A DNA stretch of 64,000 bases from Octopus vulgaris (GCA_951406725.2 OX597814.1:19840001-19904000); one strand, 5' to 3'; positions 28,571 through 44,593 are shown, counted from the first letter of the stretch. Notes: generated from the sequence alone by a model not told the origin. Numbers and translations: made by a program.

Positions 28571-28722
28571 TAATATTTAGTAAGAATAGCAGCAGCAGCA
28601 AGAGGAGGAGGAGGAGGAGGAGGAGGAAAAGAAAGAGGGGCCGAAGAAGAAGGAGAAGAAGAAGAAAAAGGAGAAGAAGAAGAAGAAGAAGAAGAAGAAG
28701 AAGAAGAAGAAGAAGAAGAAGA
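28285..28722. repeat. Compound (CAG)n/(TAG)n/(GAA)n microsatellite
   Basis: Direct reading of the sequence. Confidence 0.95.
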
Positions 28723-28999
28723 AAACGTGAAGAGATAAAAGTGTTTATAAACCAATTGAAATATATGTATATGTATGTGTAAAATGTATGTAAATGTGTG
28801 GATGTATGTATATATGAAGGCATGTGTATATGTATGACTGTTTATATCTGTATGTATTTTGAAGATGTGTGTTTGTGCCTATTTTAAGTGTGTGTGTGTA
28901 TTCATGTATGTGTAGATCTGTATGTGTGACTATTAAGGCGCATTTGTTACTCATGTGTGGATATAATCGACTAGCTCCTCCCTCCCCAATATGCCATGG

Positions 29000-29212
29000 G
29001 GGCTAACAGATTCATTAGCACGCCGGACAAAATATTTCACGGTATCTCTTCCGGCTTTACGTTCAGATTTCAAATTCCGTCAAGGTCTACTTTGTCTTTC
29101 ATCCTTCCGAGGTCGATAAAGTAAGTACCAGTTGAGCACTTGGGTCGATGTAATCGACTACCCGCCTCCTCCAAAAATTCAGGCTTTGTGCCTAGAGTTA
29201 TAAGAAGTATTA
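29000..29212 (+). mobile_element. Nin/Deu-domain SINE (diverged)
   Basis: Contains the core tttcatccttccgaggtcgataaagtaagtaccag. Confidence 0.75.
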
Positions 29213-29290
29213 CTAACACAAATATCACTTTCCGGGTGGTTTTCTGCTAGATTTATAAATCTATATATGGCTATGTATTTGTGTGTAAAA

Positions 29291-29775
29291 TGGCGAAGAC
29301 ATGGCTGTGTGATTAAAAATCTAGCTTTGCAACCACTTCGTTTCGGGTTCAACCCCACTGCGCGGAACGTTGGGCAAATCACTTTTGATGTAGCCCTGGG
29401 CCGACCTATGCCTCTTGAGTGAATTTTGTAGATAGAAACTGTGTGGAAGCTCGTCGAATATGTGTATGACTGCGTGTGTGTGTACGTGCGTGTGCGTGTG
29501 TATATGTGTACGTGTGTTTGTGCGTGTGTATGTGTGAGTGCATGTGTGTGTGTGCGTACGCGTGTATACGTATGTGTGTGTAAGCGTGTGTGTACGTGTG
29601 TGCATGTGTGAATCCCTTCACTTGACAGCTGATATTGATTTGATTGCATCCCTGTACTATAGTGATTCGGAAAAAGAGAGCGATAGAATAAGTTCTACAC
29701 CTTAAAAATAAGACTGGGGTCAATCTATTTAAGCAGACAAAACCCTTCGAGTTGATGCTGCAGCATGGTCGCAAC
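29291..29775 (+). mobile_element. CORE-like SINE family A (diverged)
   Basis: Head, core and tail are all recognisable. Confidence 0.65.
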
Positions 29776-29789
29776 CGAAAACAAATGAA

Positions 29790-30092
29790 ACTGGCACTCC
29801 GTCGGTCACGACGACGGGGGGGGGGTTCCAGTTGATCCGATCAACGGAACACCCTGCTCATGGAATTAACATGCTCGTGGTGGCTGAGCACTCCACAGAC
29901 ACGTGTACCCTTACCGTAATTCTCAGGGAGATTCAACATGACACAGAGCGTGACAAGGCCGGCCCTTTGAAATACAGGTTCTACTCTTATTTGCCAGCTG
30001 AGTGGACTTGAGCAACGTGAAATAAAGTGACTTGCCCAAGGAAACAACGCGTCACCGGGGATTGAACTAACCACTTAGCCACGCGCCTTCAC
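29790..30092 (-). mobile_element. CORE-like SINE (fourth family)
   Basis: Minus strand reads gtgaaggcgcgtggctaagtggttag...ccttgggcaagtcactttatt. Confidence 0.7.
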
Positions 30093-30107
30093 ACTGGAAC
30101 AAATAAT

Positions 30108-30757
30108 ATTTTCTACTCTAGGCCCAAGGCCCGAAATTTGGCGGGAGGAGGCCAGTCAATTAGATCGACCCTAGTACGCAACTGGTACTTAATTTATCGA
30201 CCCCGAGAGAATGAAAGGCAAAGTCGACCTCGGCAGTATTTGAAATTAGAACGTAAAGACAGACGAAATAACGCTAAGCATTTCGCCCGGCGTGCTAACG
30301 TTTCTTATTTCTTTATTGCCCACAAGGGGCTAGACATAGAGGGGACAGACAAGGACAGACAAAGGGATTAAGTCGATTACATCGACTCCAGTGCATAACT
30401 GGTATTTAATTTATCAACCCCGAAAGGATGAAAGGCAAAGTCGACTTCGGCAGTATTTGAAATTAGAACGTAAAGACAGACGAAATAACGCTAAGCATTT
30501 CGCCCGGCGTGCTAACGTTTCTTTATTTCTTTATTGCCCACAAGGGGCTAAACATAGAGGGGACAGACAAAGACAGACAAACGGATTAAGTCGATTACAT
30601 CGACTCCAGTGCATAACTGGTATTTAATTTATCAACCCCGAAAGGATGAAAGGGTAAGTTGACCTCGGTGGAATTTGAACACAGAACGTAACAGCAGACG
30701 ACATACCGCCAAGCATTTCGCCCGGCGTGCTAACGTTTCTGCCAACTCGCCGCCTTA
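30108..30757 (-). mobile_element. Nin/Deu-domain SINE, three head-to-tail units
   Basis: A ~218-bp unit is repeated three times, with a single head and a single tail. Confidence 0.85.
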
Positions 30758-31075
30758 CTGAAACAAATAATGCATAAAAGATGCGAAATGTGTAAATATA
30801 TGTCAGTATACATATGTACTACCAAATCCTGTACTGGGGGGATCGATTCCTGTCTTTCTCTTGTTCTGCAACTATCCCCCGCCTCTTTCATAGAGAAATC
30901 GGTCAGTCAAACCTAGAAAGAGATGGTGTCCGACTGTTCTAAAAGTGCCCTGCACTCACTGCATGTAAGGACGGCGCGCTTAGGATGCCGTTGAGGAGTT
31001 GAGGGCTGAAGGCGAAGCAAGACCATACCGATATATTTGTAGTGTATCTGTGTATTCATGCACCTATATATGTAG

Positions 31076-31130
<55 letters not shown>

Positions 31131-31336
31131 TCTCTCTAAAGGAGATTAAGGCAGCGTTACTGGAAATTAATAGTTATCGCCATACTTATATGGCAGTCTT
31201 ATAAATATACGACTAAAGCTGTCGCTGATTAGCTCCAAGAGGCCACCGCCTCAAGCTAGCTATTTGACACACAACCTGCGTCCATTATAAACCTTCGAAC
31301 AGGGGAGGTCAGCCGCTTCATCCTGCCAGTCAGTCA

Positions 31337-31379
31337 GCTGCAGACATGTTTCAGGGTATTTGCTCTTTATCAATGCAGC
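31337..31379 (-). ncRNA. Type I hammerhead variant (U3-A8 core) in Penelope-like fragment
   Basis: gctgca-TTGATAA-agag-caaata-ccct-GAAAC-at-GTC-tgcagc. Stem I is a perfect 6 bp, stem III is the palindrome ACATGT and the triplet is GUC. Stem II has one mismatch. Confidence 0.6.
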
Positions 31380-31458
31380 GTAGTCAGACCCAGCAGGTGT
31401 CGCTACTGACTGTCCCTGTTCGAAGAATCTATTTACCTAACTATAAATTTAAATATAA

Positions 31459-31563
<105 letters not shown>

Positions 31564-32290
31564 TGTGTGTGTATGTGAGCATATGTGTTAATGTGATCTT
31601 ATGTGTTTTTCTCAGACATACACATAGATATTACATGCATATGTACGAATAATATGATGAAAAGGAAGTGATAGCTATCAAGTAAGGAGGAGAAGGAAGA
31701 GGAGGCAAAAGATGACGATGGGGTTAGTTGTAGTAATGATGGTGGTGGTGGTGGCTATAGTATGTTAGCGGTGATTACAGTAGCAATAGACCTGGTTTAG
31801 AGACACCATTTATAGTGATGAGGATAATAGTGATGGCTGTAGTTGTTGTGGTGGTGGCGATAGTAGTGGAAATATTGCTGGCGGAGCTGGTATTAGTCGT
31901 CACTGTGGTGATGATGGTGGTGGTGGTGGGGGTTGTATTCTCGACGGTGGAGCAGTCTTTTGTCGGAACGGAGAAGGAAATGACCTTAACAGCAAGTACA
32001 ACTGTCAAACGGCTGACTGGACTGCCGGATGGATGGATGGATGGATAGATGGATGGTTGAATATATGAATGGATAAATTATTAACTGATTGGTTAGATGG
32101 ATGATTGACTGCATCAATGGATAGATAGATAGTTGGATGACTGGATTGAAGAATACATGCACAGACAGGGTCACCATAAACAGACACATACATACATATA
32201 CAAACATACAAAAGTAGGTATATATGTGTGTGTGTGAGCGCGCGTGAGTATGTATGTGTGTATATATATACATATGTAAGTGTGTGTATG

Positions 32291-32331
<41 letters not shown>

Positions 32332-32507
32332 TACATATATGTATATATTACATATAAACATACATACGTACATTCATACCCACATGCAAACATGCATGCG
32401 TACATGCATACAGCCATCCATCCATACATATATATACATTCATACATGCAACTTTATAAACATACAAATGTAGACAGACAGACAGACAGATAGACAAACA
32501 GACAGAC

Positions 32508-32649
<142 letters not shown>

Positions 32650-32779
32650 GCAGGCAGACAGGCTGACAGACACACAGACGGACGGACGGACGGACAGACA
32701 GACAGATAGACAGATAGACGGACGGACGGACGGACAGACGGACGGACGGATGGATGTTATGAGAGAATGGAAAGTTGAC

Positions 32780-33014
32780 TGAGTGTCTGGAAGGCGAGCT
32801 GATTTGCAAGGTCGATCGAAGAACCCAACCATCCGATAAAAATTTTCACCACCGCACCTGCTCGGATATGTTGAGTTTCTCTTAGTGTTTCCGCGTCAAC
32901 CAATTGATTGAAGCAGACGACCAGTATTGCAATGATCAACGTCAGCGTACGCCATTTTGTTTTTCGTTGGATTCTTTTTTTTTTCTCAGTGTGTATGCGA
33001 GTGGAGGGCGTCAT
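32780..33014 (-). CDS. Candidate first coding exon: signal peptide + LIVBP/ANF-receptor-like N-terminus, most like an ionotropic glutamate receptor
   Basis: Start context is aacaaaATG. A basic n-region, a hydrophobic [15 protein letters not shown] stretch and a VDA cleavage-like site follow. [19 protein letters not shown] aligns gaplessly with AMPA-receptor IQIGGLFPRGADQEYSAFR. The donor A|GTCAAC is weak. Confidence 0.45.
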
Positions 33015-34037
33015 TTTGTTTCTAATATTGTTTTTCTAGACTTTTGTAGTTGTTTTATTATCATTTTTTTAGTTGTTATTTATGATCTTGTTCTTGTTTG
33101 TTTATTTGTTCAATGCAGCCAACCAAACATTACCAGCTGTCATTATACATATTTCGTTTGCGTTTTTCACCTGCAGCCTACATCAACGCAAGATAACTTG
33201 GCCTTCCATCAATTATAAAACTCAACCAAGTACGCGTTTTAGCCGTTTGTTGATGCTGTTTTGTCTTATTTTTAATTTTTATGAAGGGGTTAGTAGGTTC
33301 TTTTCTCGGTTTTTTAATGTTTGTTGCCGCATTTTACATATATTTTTTAACGTTTAACCTTGACTCTAACAACAACTACCGCTACCTTCAGTGTACACCG
33401 CTTAACAACATAACCATCATATTGCATACATTACACTGATACCGATCCTCGACACACCTCATCATACTACTTCTATAACATATCGTAATGCACAGTCTTA
33501 CGTATTTATTGGCGGAAGTGCGGAAGAGAAGCTGGTTTCTTTTACCAACATTTTTTTCACTTGACTTGACACCCATCTACACACATAAAATACAAACTGC
33601 ACAAGTATATACGCAAATAAATACATACACGTGCCAGCGAGTGAGCCTCTACTTGTTCGGTCTACCTGCAAAAAATAGCAGCAAAATCTCCTTCACGACA
33701 TACATAAAGAACGACATATCACGCTTTGTGGTTGTAGATATTAAATCATCTCTTAGATATACTATGTCTGAAACAAAGTGCAAAATGATCACAGCTGAAA
33801 TGTCTGCCCGACCAATAATGACCCGGGGTTAAACAGCAACATACACAAGTATATATATAATAAAAAATAAGAAAAATGGTAAACATAAATTAGTCAACAC
33901 TGTAGTTGAATCTAGAAGAGGTAAGCAACGTTTAACAGTGTTTAACTAATCCAAACAAAAGAGGCAATGGGCGATAAATCAAAATAAAAGAAAAACTGAA
34001 ATGAGCTGTCTCACCAAAAACCTAAGGAAATAAGATT

Positions 34038-34087
<50 letters not shown>

Positions 34088-34089
<2 letters not shown>

Positions 34090-34440
34090 TCATCATCATC
34101 ATCATCGTTTAACGTCCGTTCTCCATGCTAGCATGGGTTGGACGGTTCGACCGGGGATCTGGGAAGCCAGAAGGCTGCACCAGGCTCCAGTCTTTTCTGG
34201 CAATGTTTCTACAGCTGGATGCCCTTCCTAACGCCAACCACTCCGTGAGTGTAGTGGGTGCTTTTTACGTGCCACCCGCACAGGTGTAAGGCGAGGCTGG
34301 CAACGGCCACGGTCGGATTGGTGCATTTTACGTGCCACCGGCACGGAAGCCAGTCGAGGCGGCACTGGCTTTGGCCACGATTCGGATGGTGCTTTTTACG
34401 TGCAACCGGCACGGAAGCCAGTCGAGGCGGCACTGGCTTC
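34088..34440 (-). mobile_element. RTE-related SINE/LINE 3' end with (GAT)n tail
   Basis: Minus strand reads ggttggcgttaggaagggcatccagctgtagaaac...gacgttaaacgatgatgatg, with an internal ~68-bp duplication. Confidence 0.65.
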
Positions 34441-34684
34441 ATACACACACACACACTAGAACAGACTTGATGTTGGGTTACGTATCAAGTACTTTTTGCT
34501 TTGCTAATATTTATATTTTTACCTTTCTCCTCTAGAAATAGTTGTTTAAAACGCTGGCCATCTCCTACTCAGCAAAACCTACAATCAACAGTGTTTAAAC
34601 AATCATTCTTGTTTTGAGACGATAGGTTGTTATTTTGGACGATTTGGGGAGATACGCACACGCGCGCATATACATCCACAAACA

Positions 34685-34730
<46 letters not shown>

Positions 34731-34878
34731 AGTCGTTATGGAAAGTAGAAACGAAAAACTGAGTAACGATGTTAGGAAGCCGCAGGTTCAAATAAATGTA
34801 CAGACTCTATTAAATGTATTATGTGGATTTTTTTTCTTAATCTTGGTAGGATGCAAGACCACACCATATACACACACA

Positions 34879-34919
<41 letters not shown>

Positions 34920-35676
34920 TAGAGAGTATACTCGGCGGTAATACCAAGTCCTTTCGATCTACTAAAACAGCAGTGTAGCAACTATGATGAGACTCAACGC
35001 CGACTTAACTCTGTTGCTTTCCATAAGAATAGCAAGAACAGGTAACGCAGGAAGAAAAATCAAGACAGAAAAGCCAAGAACGTATTCTTGAATGGTACTA
35101 ATAGGACTACAGGGTACGTGTAGGTTTGAAGGAAGTTGTCATATTCCTAAATCTTATTATAATAACGAAGTAATGACTTCACTTTATGGTATGGTCGAAC
35201 TCCACCAAAAAACACTGATTGTTCAGTAAACGAAGTTTTGAGAACGTGAAAGATTTGGTGATTTTAGGAATGTGATTTTATGATACGTGGATGGCCGTAC
35301 ACAGTACGAAGATGACCGTGCATGGAGTAGAGACAAGATATTGTCGGTTTGTAGATAGATCCACGATGTGCAACATAGCTGATATTAAATTTACGAAGAA
35401 TATTAAAGATTGGAAAACCGGAGACAGAAACAGATGTTTCAGCAGAGATATTATAAATGCATATGAGAGGGAAATCAAAGCTGAGCACGAATAATAAATA
35501 CTCAGCAAGTAGTAAAGCAAAATAGTAAAGCTATATAAAGTGGTAGAGCAGCGGCCATTTTGGTGCGGCAGCTGAGTGGATGATAGTACGAGAAAAACAT
35601 GCTTAAGAGTGAGCCTAAAGATCTTGGATATTCCGGCTGAAAGAAGCAATACTGAGTGGTCAAATCGACAGCTCAT

Positions 35677-36215
35677 ACGCACACACACACACACACACCA
35701 TACATGCACACACACACACACACCACATGCACACACACACACCGCACACACACCACACATACATACTCACACACGCACACCTCACACACCACACAGACAC
35801 ACACACCATACACACACGCACCACACACACACACACCACATACTCACACGCCACACATACAGACACACACACACACCACACACCATACACTCACGCACCA
35901 CAAACATGCACACCACACACACGCACACCGCACAGACATACACACACACACAACACAAATCACACACACACACACGCACCACATGCACACAGACCAAACG
36001 CCACGCATACATGCACCACACACACACACGCACACCACACACTACACACACACACCACACACACGCACGCCACACACACACCACACACCATACACCATAC
36101 ACTCACGCACCACATGCACGCACACCACACACACGCACACCGCACACACATACACACACACACAACACAAACACACACAGACAAACACCACACACACACA
36201 ATCTCACACATACAT
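35677..36215. repeat. Degenerate CA-rich tract
   Basis: Direct reading of the sequence. Confidence 0.9.
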
Positions 36216-36322
36216 AAAAGTATTGGCAGAAAAGTGGTGTATAGTTACTCAAAAACCAAATGATTCGTTCATACACTTATCAAAAAACACACAGAAATAC
36301 ATCCAAGCAAACAAATAAATCA

Positions 36323-36660
36323 ACATCATTGTTCGACCGTGGTCGAGACAATGGAATTTACTATGTTACACCAGACTTCACGGTCCATCATAGCATTACG
36401 GAGGTCCTGTTGCTGGATGCCTGTATCCCTGGAGATTACATCAGGGTAGGAGAGTGTGCGCCCTCTGGTATTGCGAGTAGATGGCTTCCAGAGGAGAAGA
36501 GTAGAAATTACTTATTTTTCAGCTCTACAACAATGTCCAGCAAACTGGACTCACCTACCTTTCACAAGAGATGACACAGGTGGTAGTTTCCCATATATTT
36601 GCATTTTGGTTGGATGGCGCCTCCACGAGAGATTTTGAACTCTTTTACAATCTCTTGAAC
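36323..36660 (-). mobile_element. RTE/RTEX-clade LINE 3' end
   Basis: Minus-strand translation is VQFAGHCCRAEK*VISTLLLWKPSTRNTRGRTLSYPDVISRDTG...AMMDREVW...*. Confidence 0.75.
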
Positions 36661-36939
36661 AAACTGTTACTCATACGTATACACGGGCATACGCTAATTC
36701 GTATACGGTCATACATTGACTAATAAATATGCATGCATATCCCCGTTCATAAACACAAATACAAGCACAAAGAAATCCTTTTACTTGATCGTTCAACATT
36801 CTGGAAAAGAAAAGCAGTCGGATTAATTACCCTCAAATAAAAATCTAGTGATTAACAAAAATATGAATACCTTTGACAGCATAGCGTAGTTCTAGATAGG
36901 CAAAAGAAGGGGAGGTTTTAAGTGGACCGCAATTTGATC

Positions 36940-38110
<1,171 letters not shown>

Positions 38111-38332
38111 ATCACACACACACACAAAAAACAAACAAACAAACAAACAAATATATATAATGACGTACACGTGCCGTATGTCTGTATGTTTATCTTTCTC
38201 TTTTGACGTTCTCTGTTTCTCTGGGTTCTCATTCACTCCCTCCAATATCATTGTTTCTCTCATTTATTCCGCCATTCAAATATGTTTCTCCCTCTCTCTC
38301 TCTCTATCACTTTCTTTCACTTTCACTTTCCC

Positions 38333-38376
<44 letters not shown>

Positions 38377-38995
38377 CTCTTTACATATATATATATATAT
38401 ATCGCTCTAGTCGCATTTCCATTCCTTCTCTTTCAACGCTCTTTGTCAAATAACTTTCTGTTTCTTTGAGACACGTCTCGCTTTCCTTACTTGTCTTCTC
38501 TTCCTGCTTCCTGTGCAAACACACACACACACACACAAACACACAAACACACACACACACATGCACACATACAGATACACATGTATACACATATATACAC
38601 ACATACACACAAGCACAAGCACAAACACACACATACATACATACATACATACATACATACATACATACATACATACATACATACATACATACATTCATAC
38701 ATACATACATACATACACAAACCCACACACGTATGGAAACAGACAGAAATACAGTTAAAGAGAGACAGAGAGAGAGAGTGGGGGTGGATGTGGAAATGTT
38801 CACACATTAAAATACATGTCTTGCTAATTATGTGGAGCGTGAAAATAATGCAAAATAACTGTGCAACGAAGCGGCAATAAATATTGCTATCCCTACCAAC
38901 ACCTATCCTACACCACACCTCAGGACACTGCACCTACCCACACTCACGATTCTAGATAACTCCCACATTCCATCAACACACACCCTGTTCCACAC

Positions 38996-39031
<36 letters not shown>

Positions 39032-39320
39032 ATACACAGACTGTCACAAAAACACACAAGAAGTAAATATGATGCATGCACATACAAATTTCGTGCTCAC
39101 AACTACAATCACACACTAATGTCTCTACATACAGACACATGCATATACATACATACATTTGGGGTGTGTGAGTAAATATATATATACATACACACACATT
39201 TATATATATATATATGTATATATAAGTGTATATATATATATATATTTATATACATATATGTATATATATATGTATATATATATATGTATGTATATTTATA
39301 TATATATATATATACACATT

Positions 39321-39351
<31 letters not shown>

Positions 39352-39378
39352 ATATATATATATACATATGTATATATT

Positions 39379-39434
<56 letters not shown>

Positions 39435-39765
39435 TATGATGAAGGTCTTTGTTTATAAATATAAAGTGTGTATATTTTCTTGGAAGCAGAAGCGTCTTGA
39501 AATAAAACTCTGATGGGTGTTCATTCAATCCTTTAAACGATCGGCTACGAGTAAGTCGGAGCTGCGACTCAAAACATTTAACCTTCTAATGAAATATACA
39601 CACTGAAAATTATGTATTGAATACTTCTTTTAAATATGGTAAAAAAGAGCAAATACACATATATACACACATTGACTTATACACACAAATTTGTACCTCT
39701 ACACACATAGTCACAATGAAAATACGTTCATACGCACATACATATATGTGTGTGCATGCGTACGT

Positions 39766-39812
<47 letters not shown>

Positions 39813-39899
39813 CTTCCGTTTTCTCTCTTAGAGTTCATTTTAAAAGGTCGTCTACTTGGTATCAAGGTTGCGAAGCAAAATACCGTTTGTTCTTCAGCC

Positions 39900-40205
39900 T
39901 TTAAATCTTAAGAGGTTCTTGCTGATTTTTATTGTTCTAGGTATCGTGGTCATTTGCATGAATAAGAAATTGTATTCTTTCTCCAAGAACCCAAGCTCAG
40001 ACTGACTTTGCTCCAGGCGCTTTGGCACGTATCCTGTTGCTCCAACAATAATAAGTAGGAAACATAAATTGTGTCTTTGGTACAGGATTTACAAATTTCT
40101 CATCAACGGTCTAAAGACGTTTTCTTCCTCCTGTATTTTCTGACACACTGGTATCCAGAGGGCAGCTGATTTCTACAACAGAGTATATTTCTTTCGGTTG
40201 TCGTC
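39900..40205 (-). mobile_element. REL-endonuclease retrotransposon C-terminal fragment
   Basis: Minus-strand translation gives VVEISCPLD, PLMRNL*ILY and IIVGATGYVPKRL. Confidence 0.6.
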
Positions 40206-40573
40206 AACTCGATTTCGAACATAAACCATTTTCTCGTTGCAGACATATGCCTACGGCTGCTTCGACAATGAAGCATATGATTTTGTCAAGAAATTCACCA
40301 ACAGCTGCTTCGCTTTTGGGCATACGTCCAAAATTGATTTTCAGCCCAAAAGTAGATGAGAGCACCTTTAGACGAAATACGTCCATACATAGAAACATGC
40401 ATAAGATATAGTCTTCAAACTCAATGCATATAAGACACCAGTAGCCTATAATATGCTTTGTATTCCAGTATAGATACCAACGTTTAGATTACTTAATTCG
40501 TTGCAAGAAGTGATCGGAAGCATTGATTTTGAAACACAAAAATTGTGAGACATTGCCAGAAATGTCCACATCA

Positions 40574-40962
40574 GGCGCAAGTGTGGCTGTGTGGTAAGAA
40601 GTTTGCTTCCCAGCCACATGGTTCCGGGTTCATTCCCAGTGCATGGCACCTCGGGCAAGTGTCTTTTACTATAGCATCAGACCGACCAAGACTTGTGTGT
40701 GGATTTGGTAGACATAAACTGAAAGCAGCCCGTCGTATATATGTGGGGTGTGCGTGCCTTTGTATCTGTATTTAATCCCCACCCCGCCGCTTGACAACCG
40801 GTGCTGGTGTGTTTACGTCCCGTAATTAGCGATTCGGCAAAAGCGATCAATAGAATAAGTACCAGGTTTTAAAAAAAGTACAAGAGTCGGTTCATTCGAC
40901 TGAAACTCTTCAAGTGCCCCTGCATGGCTGCAGTCTAATAATTGAAACAAATAAAAAATAAA
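40574..40962 (+). mobile_element. CORE-like SINE family A
   Basis: Shows the family head, core and tail. Confidence 0.8.
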
Positions 40963-43037
40963 AGGTCATTATAGCACATAACTTTGTCAAGAATCTCAAC
41001 TGCGGCCCCGTTCTTATGCATCTGTCTAAAGTGGTTTTGACCGTACCTTTTCCTTAAACGAAAGCAAAAAGGCGCACAGTTAAACATAGATTGAAATTAT
41101 CTTTGATGTCGCATATCTGCTGAAGCACCACAGTATCCTCGAACGCCATCTATCAATCATGTATTCCTACATGAGGTAGAAGACAGCAAGAGATTTGGGA
41201 AGGAGCAATTCTGGAAGTATTCCTTGAGTGATGACCTCGTGATACTATACCTATGTATACATCAGGGACGTGCTGCCTTAGTACGCAAGTTTGGAAGCCC
41301 CTATCTTGAATAAAATAGATCGATGGCAACATTTTCTTTTTATGGCAAAATATGCACCTAATTCAATAAAATTACTCTGATTACTATTCATAAAATTCAA
41401 AATATATATATTTTTTTTGTAGATTTGTTAGGCATAATTCGCCCCTGCTTTTCTATTTCAGCAATTAAGCTATGCATAGTACTGCTGCTGTACACGTGCT
41501 GCGTACACTCCTACAACACCGTGCTATGAAGGTAGAAGTAAATCTGCCTTCAACTCAGTCGCGCGTCTGTCTTTTGCTTATTTTTTGCGTGTTTTACTAC
41601 ATAAAGGCCACCAACTACCTACCCTGAGTAATTACTGATGGTACGTACTTAGTATATATGCCTGCATATATGCATACTTGTGTACATACTTTCACACATA
41701 CACACATACACAAATATACACATACATACCTACAAACACACTTACACAAACACCAACACAAAAAATAATGGTGCGACATTCCTATCAAAAATTCTGCCAG
41801 TTACAGCATACCAGGTTGCATATCGTTATTTGGGGTGAACAAGAAACGTATATGCCGTCACAGAGGTCAGCTGCCGGCTGATGCGAATAACTATTCGAAA
41901 ATCAATGAGAAAAATGTTAACTACGGACAGCTATTTGGAAACATCTAACTTCTATTCTCAGATTATCAAGTTAAATTTATACCAATAGCAATAATTGGTG
42001 CACTTGGATTTGTGAGTAAATGCCAAAGTAACAATCTTAATGAACCGGAATTTTCAGAAAAAGAAATCAACTAGCAAATACGCTCATTACAAGTACAGTC
42101 TGTAAGCGGAACAGTAAATATATGCAAGACTTCAAATAATTAAAAACGAAAGAAAGCCCTTACATACACATACATACATAATATATACGCATACATGCAT
42201 ACATACATAAATGCATATATGTACATATACACGCATACATAGACGTACATATATACATACACATATATACATATATACATACATACACTCACACACATAT
42301 ACATATACACAAATGTACACACATAATACATTCATTCATATATACATGGTATACATATATTCACATACATGCATAAGTAAGTACGCACGTATGTACATAC
42401 ATACATACATGCATGCATGCATACATACATACATACATACATACATACATACATACATACATACATACATGCATACAGACATACATGCATGCATGCATAC
42501 ATACATACATACATACATACATGCATACATACATACATACATACATGCATGCATTCATACATACATACATACATACATACATACATACATACATACATAC
42601 ATACATACATACATACCGTTTCCGTCAGAATTAAATGACGGACCATTTATAAGGACGACCAAATTATTTGAAAACAACCAAACAGAATTTGAAAGGAGCG
42701 GAATTGTGATGATGTGGGAGATGCGGAGGCAAACGATGGCGATAAAAATCGTATTGTGATGGTGTGGTGGTGTGGTGATGTGGTGTGGTGGTGAGATGGT
42801 GTCGTTGATGATAGTCGAATGACGATGAGGAAGATTATGATATTGAGGTGTAGGAACGGCTGGGGTGAGGGGAAGAGAAAGAGAAGAGAAGGGGTGGAGA
42901 GAGATGGTATACAGGAAGGGAGATGGAATAGGTGGAAGAAGTAGAAGTAGTAGTAGTAGAAGAAGAAAAAGAAGAAGAAGAAGAAGAAGAAAAAGAAGAA
43001 GAAGAAGAAGAAGAAGAAGAAGAAGAAGAAGAAGAAG

Positions 43038-43071
<34 letters not shown>

Positions 43072-43212
43072 GCAGCAACAAACGAGACGAATGGGAAGAC
43101 AATAACAAACTGACGCTGCGAGAAAAAAAAGCCAGTGGAGAAAAACGTGTGTGCACACATGTGTGTATGTGTATCTACACAAACACACACATACATATAT
43201 ACATACATACAT

Positions 43213-43243
<31 letters not shown>

Positions 43244-43255
43244 GACACATATACA

Positions 43256-43580
<325 letters not shown>

Positions 43581-43696
43581 TATGTGTGTGTGTGTATGCT
43601 AGCATATATATATATATATATATATATGTTTTATATATATGAATATACACGTACATATTGCATTTAATTCATGTAATTTGTAAACTTATGTAGATA

Positions 43697-43760
<64 letters not shown>

Positions 43761-44593
43761 GTATGTGTATGTGTGCGTACGTTTATGTGTGTTCGTTGGA
43801 GCATGTGTGTGTGTGTGAGTGTGTGTGTGTGTGTGTGTAAAGAGCAAGATCTAGAGAAAAGAAGAACGAGAAATGAACACGAAGAAAGAAAGAAATACGA
43901 TGAAGAAAAGCAGAAGTATAGAAAGAAGGAAAGAGAGAGACTGACAGACAGAGAGATAGAGGTGGGGGAGGGAAAAGAGGCGTGGGCGAGAGTCGAAAGA
44001 AAGAGACGAAATATAAATATTAAAAGAAAAAAAAATGGAAACGAAAAAACTAAATAGAATATGAAAAAAAAAAAATATATTGAGACAGCAAGAAAGACCG
44101 AGATAGAGAAATGATAAACACAAACTGCTATAAAAAGCAATCATGCAGCGAAAATTATATGAAAGCGAGGGAATATATTGTCAGCGGCAACTGGAGAAAG
44201 GCTAATCTAGACGGCTGCGTCAGCCATCTGCCCGATACTACCCAAGCTTACGCAACGAGAATCTGAAAGAAAACAAAACATAACGTAGAAGAACAAGGGA
44301 AAAAAATTGAAGAAAGTTCATTGTTTCAGGTCGATTTCTCTTCTCTTTAACATGTGTTTTATATTTTATATTGTAGTGTGTGTGTTTGAGTGTGTGTAAA
44401 TATGTGTGTGCTGTGTGCTGTGCTGTGTGTGTGTTGGTGTGTCTAAGTAAGTGTATGGTTGTACGTTGTTTGTGTATGTGTTGTGAGTTTTGGAGGTATG
44501 AATATGCCGTTATGTGTGTGTATTGGTGTAAATGTGTGCGAGCGTGTATTTATTTGCGCACTCGTGTGTGTGTGTGTGTGAGTGTGTGAGTGT

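Noticed and set aside
28198-28823. PolyQ/polyS/polyA ORFs
   Set aside because: Compound trinucleotide microsatellite with no flanking coding signal.
39540-39585. gtcg-gagctg-cgac hairpin followed by AAAAC
   Set aside because: The core is too degenerate to call.
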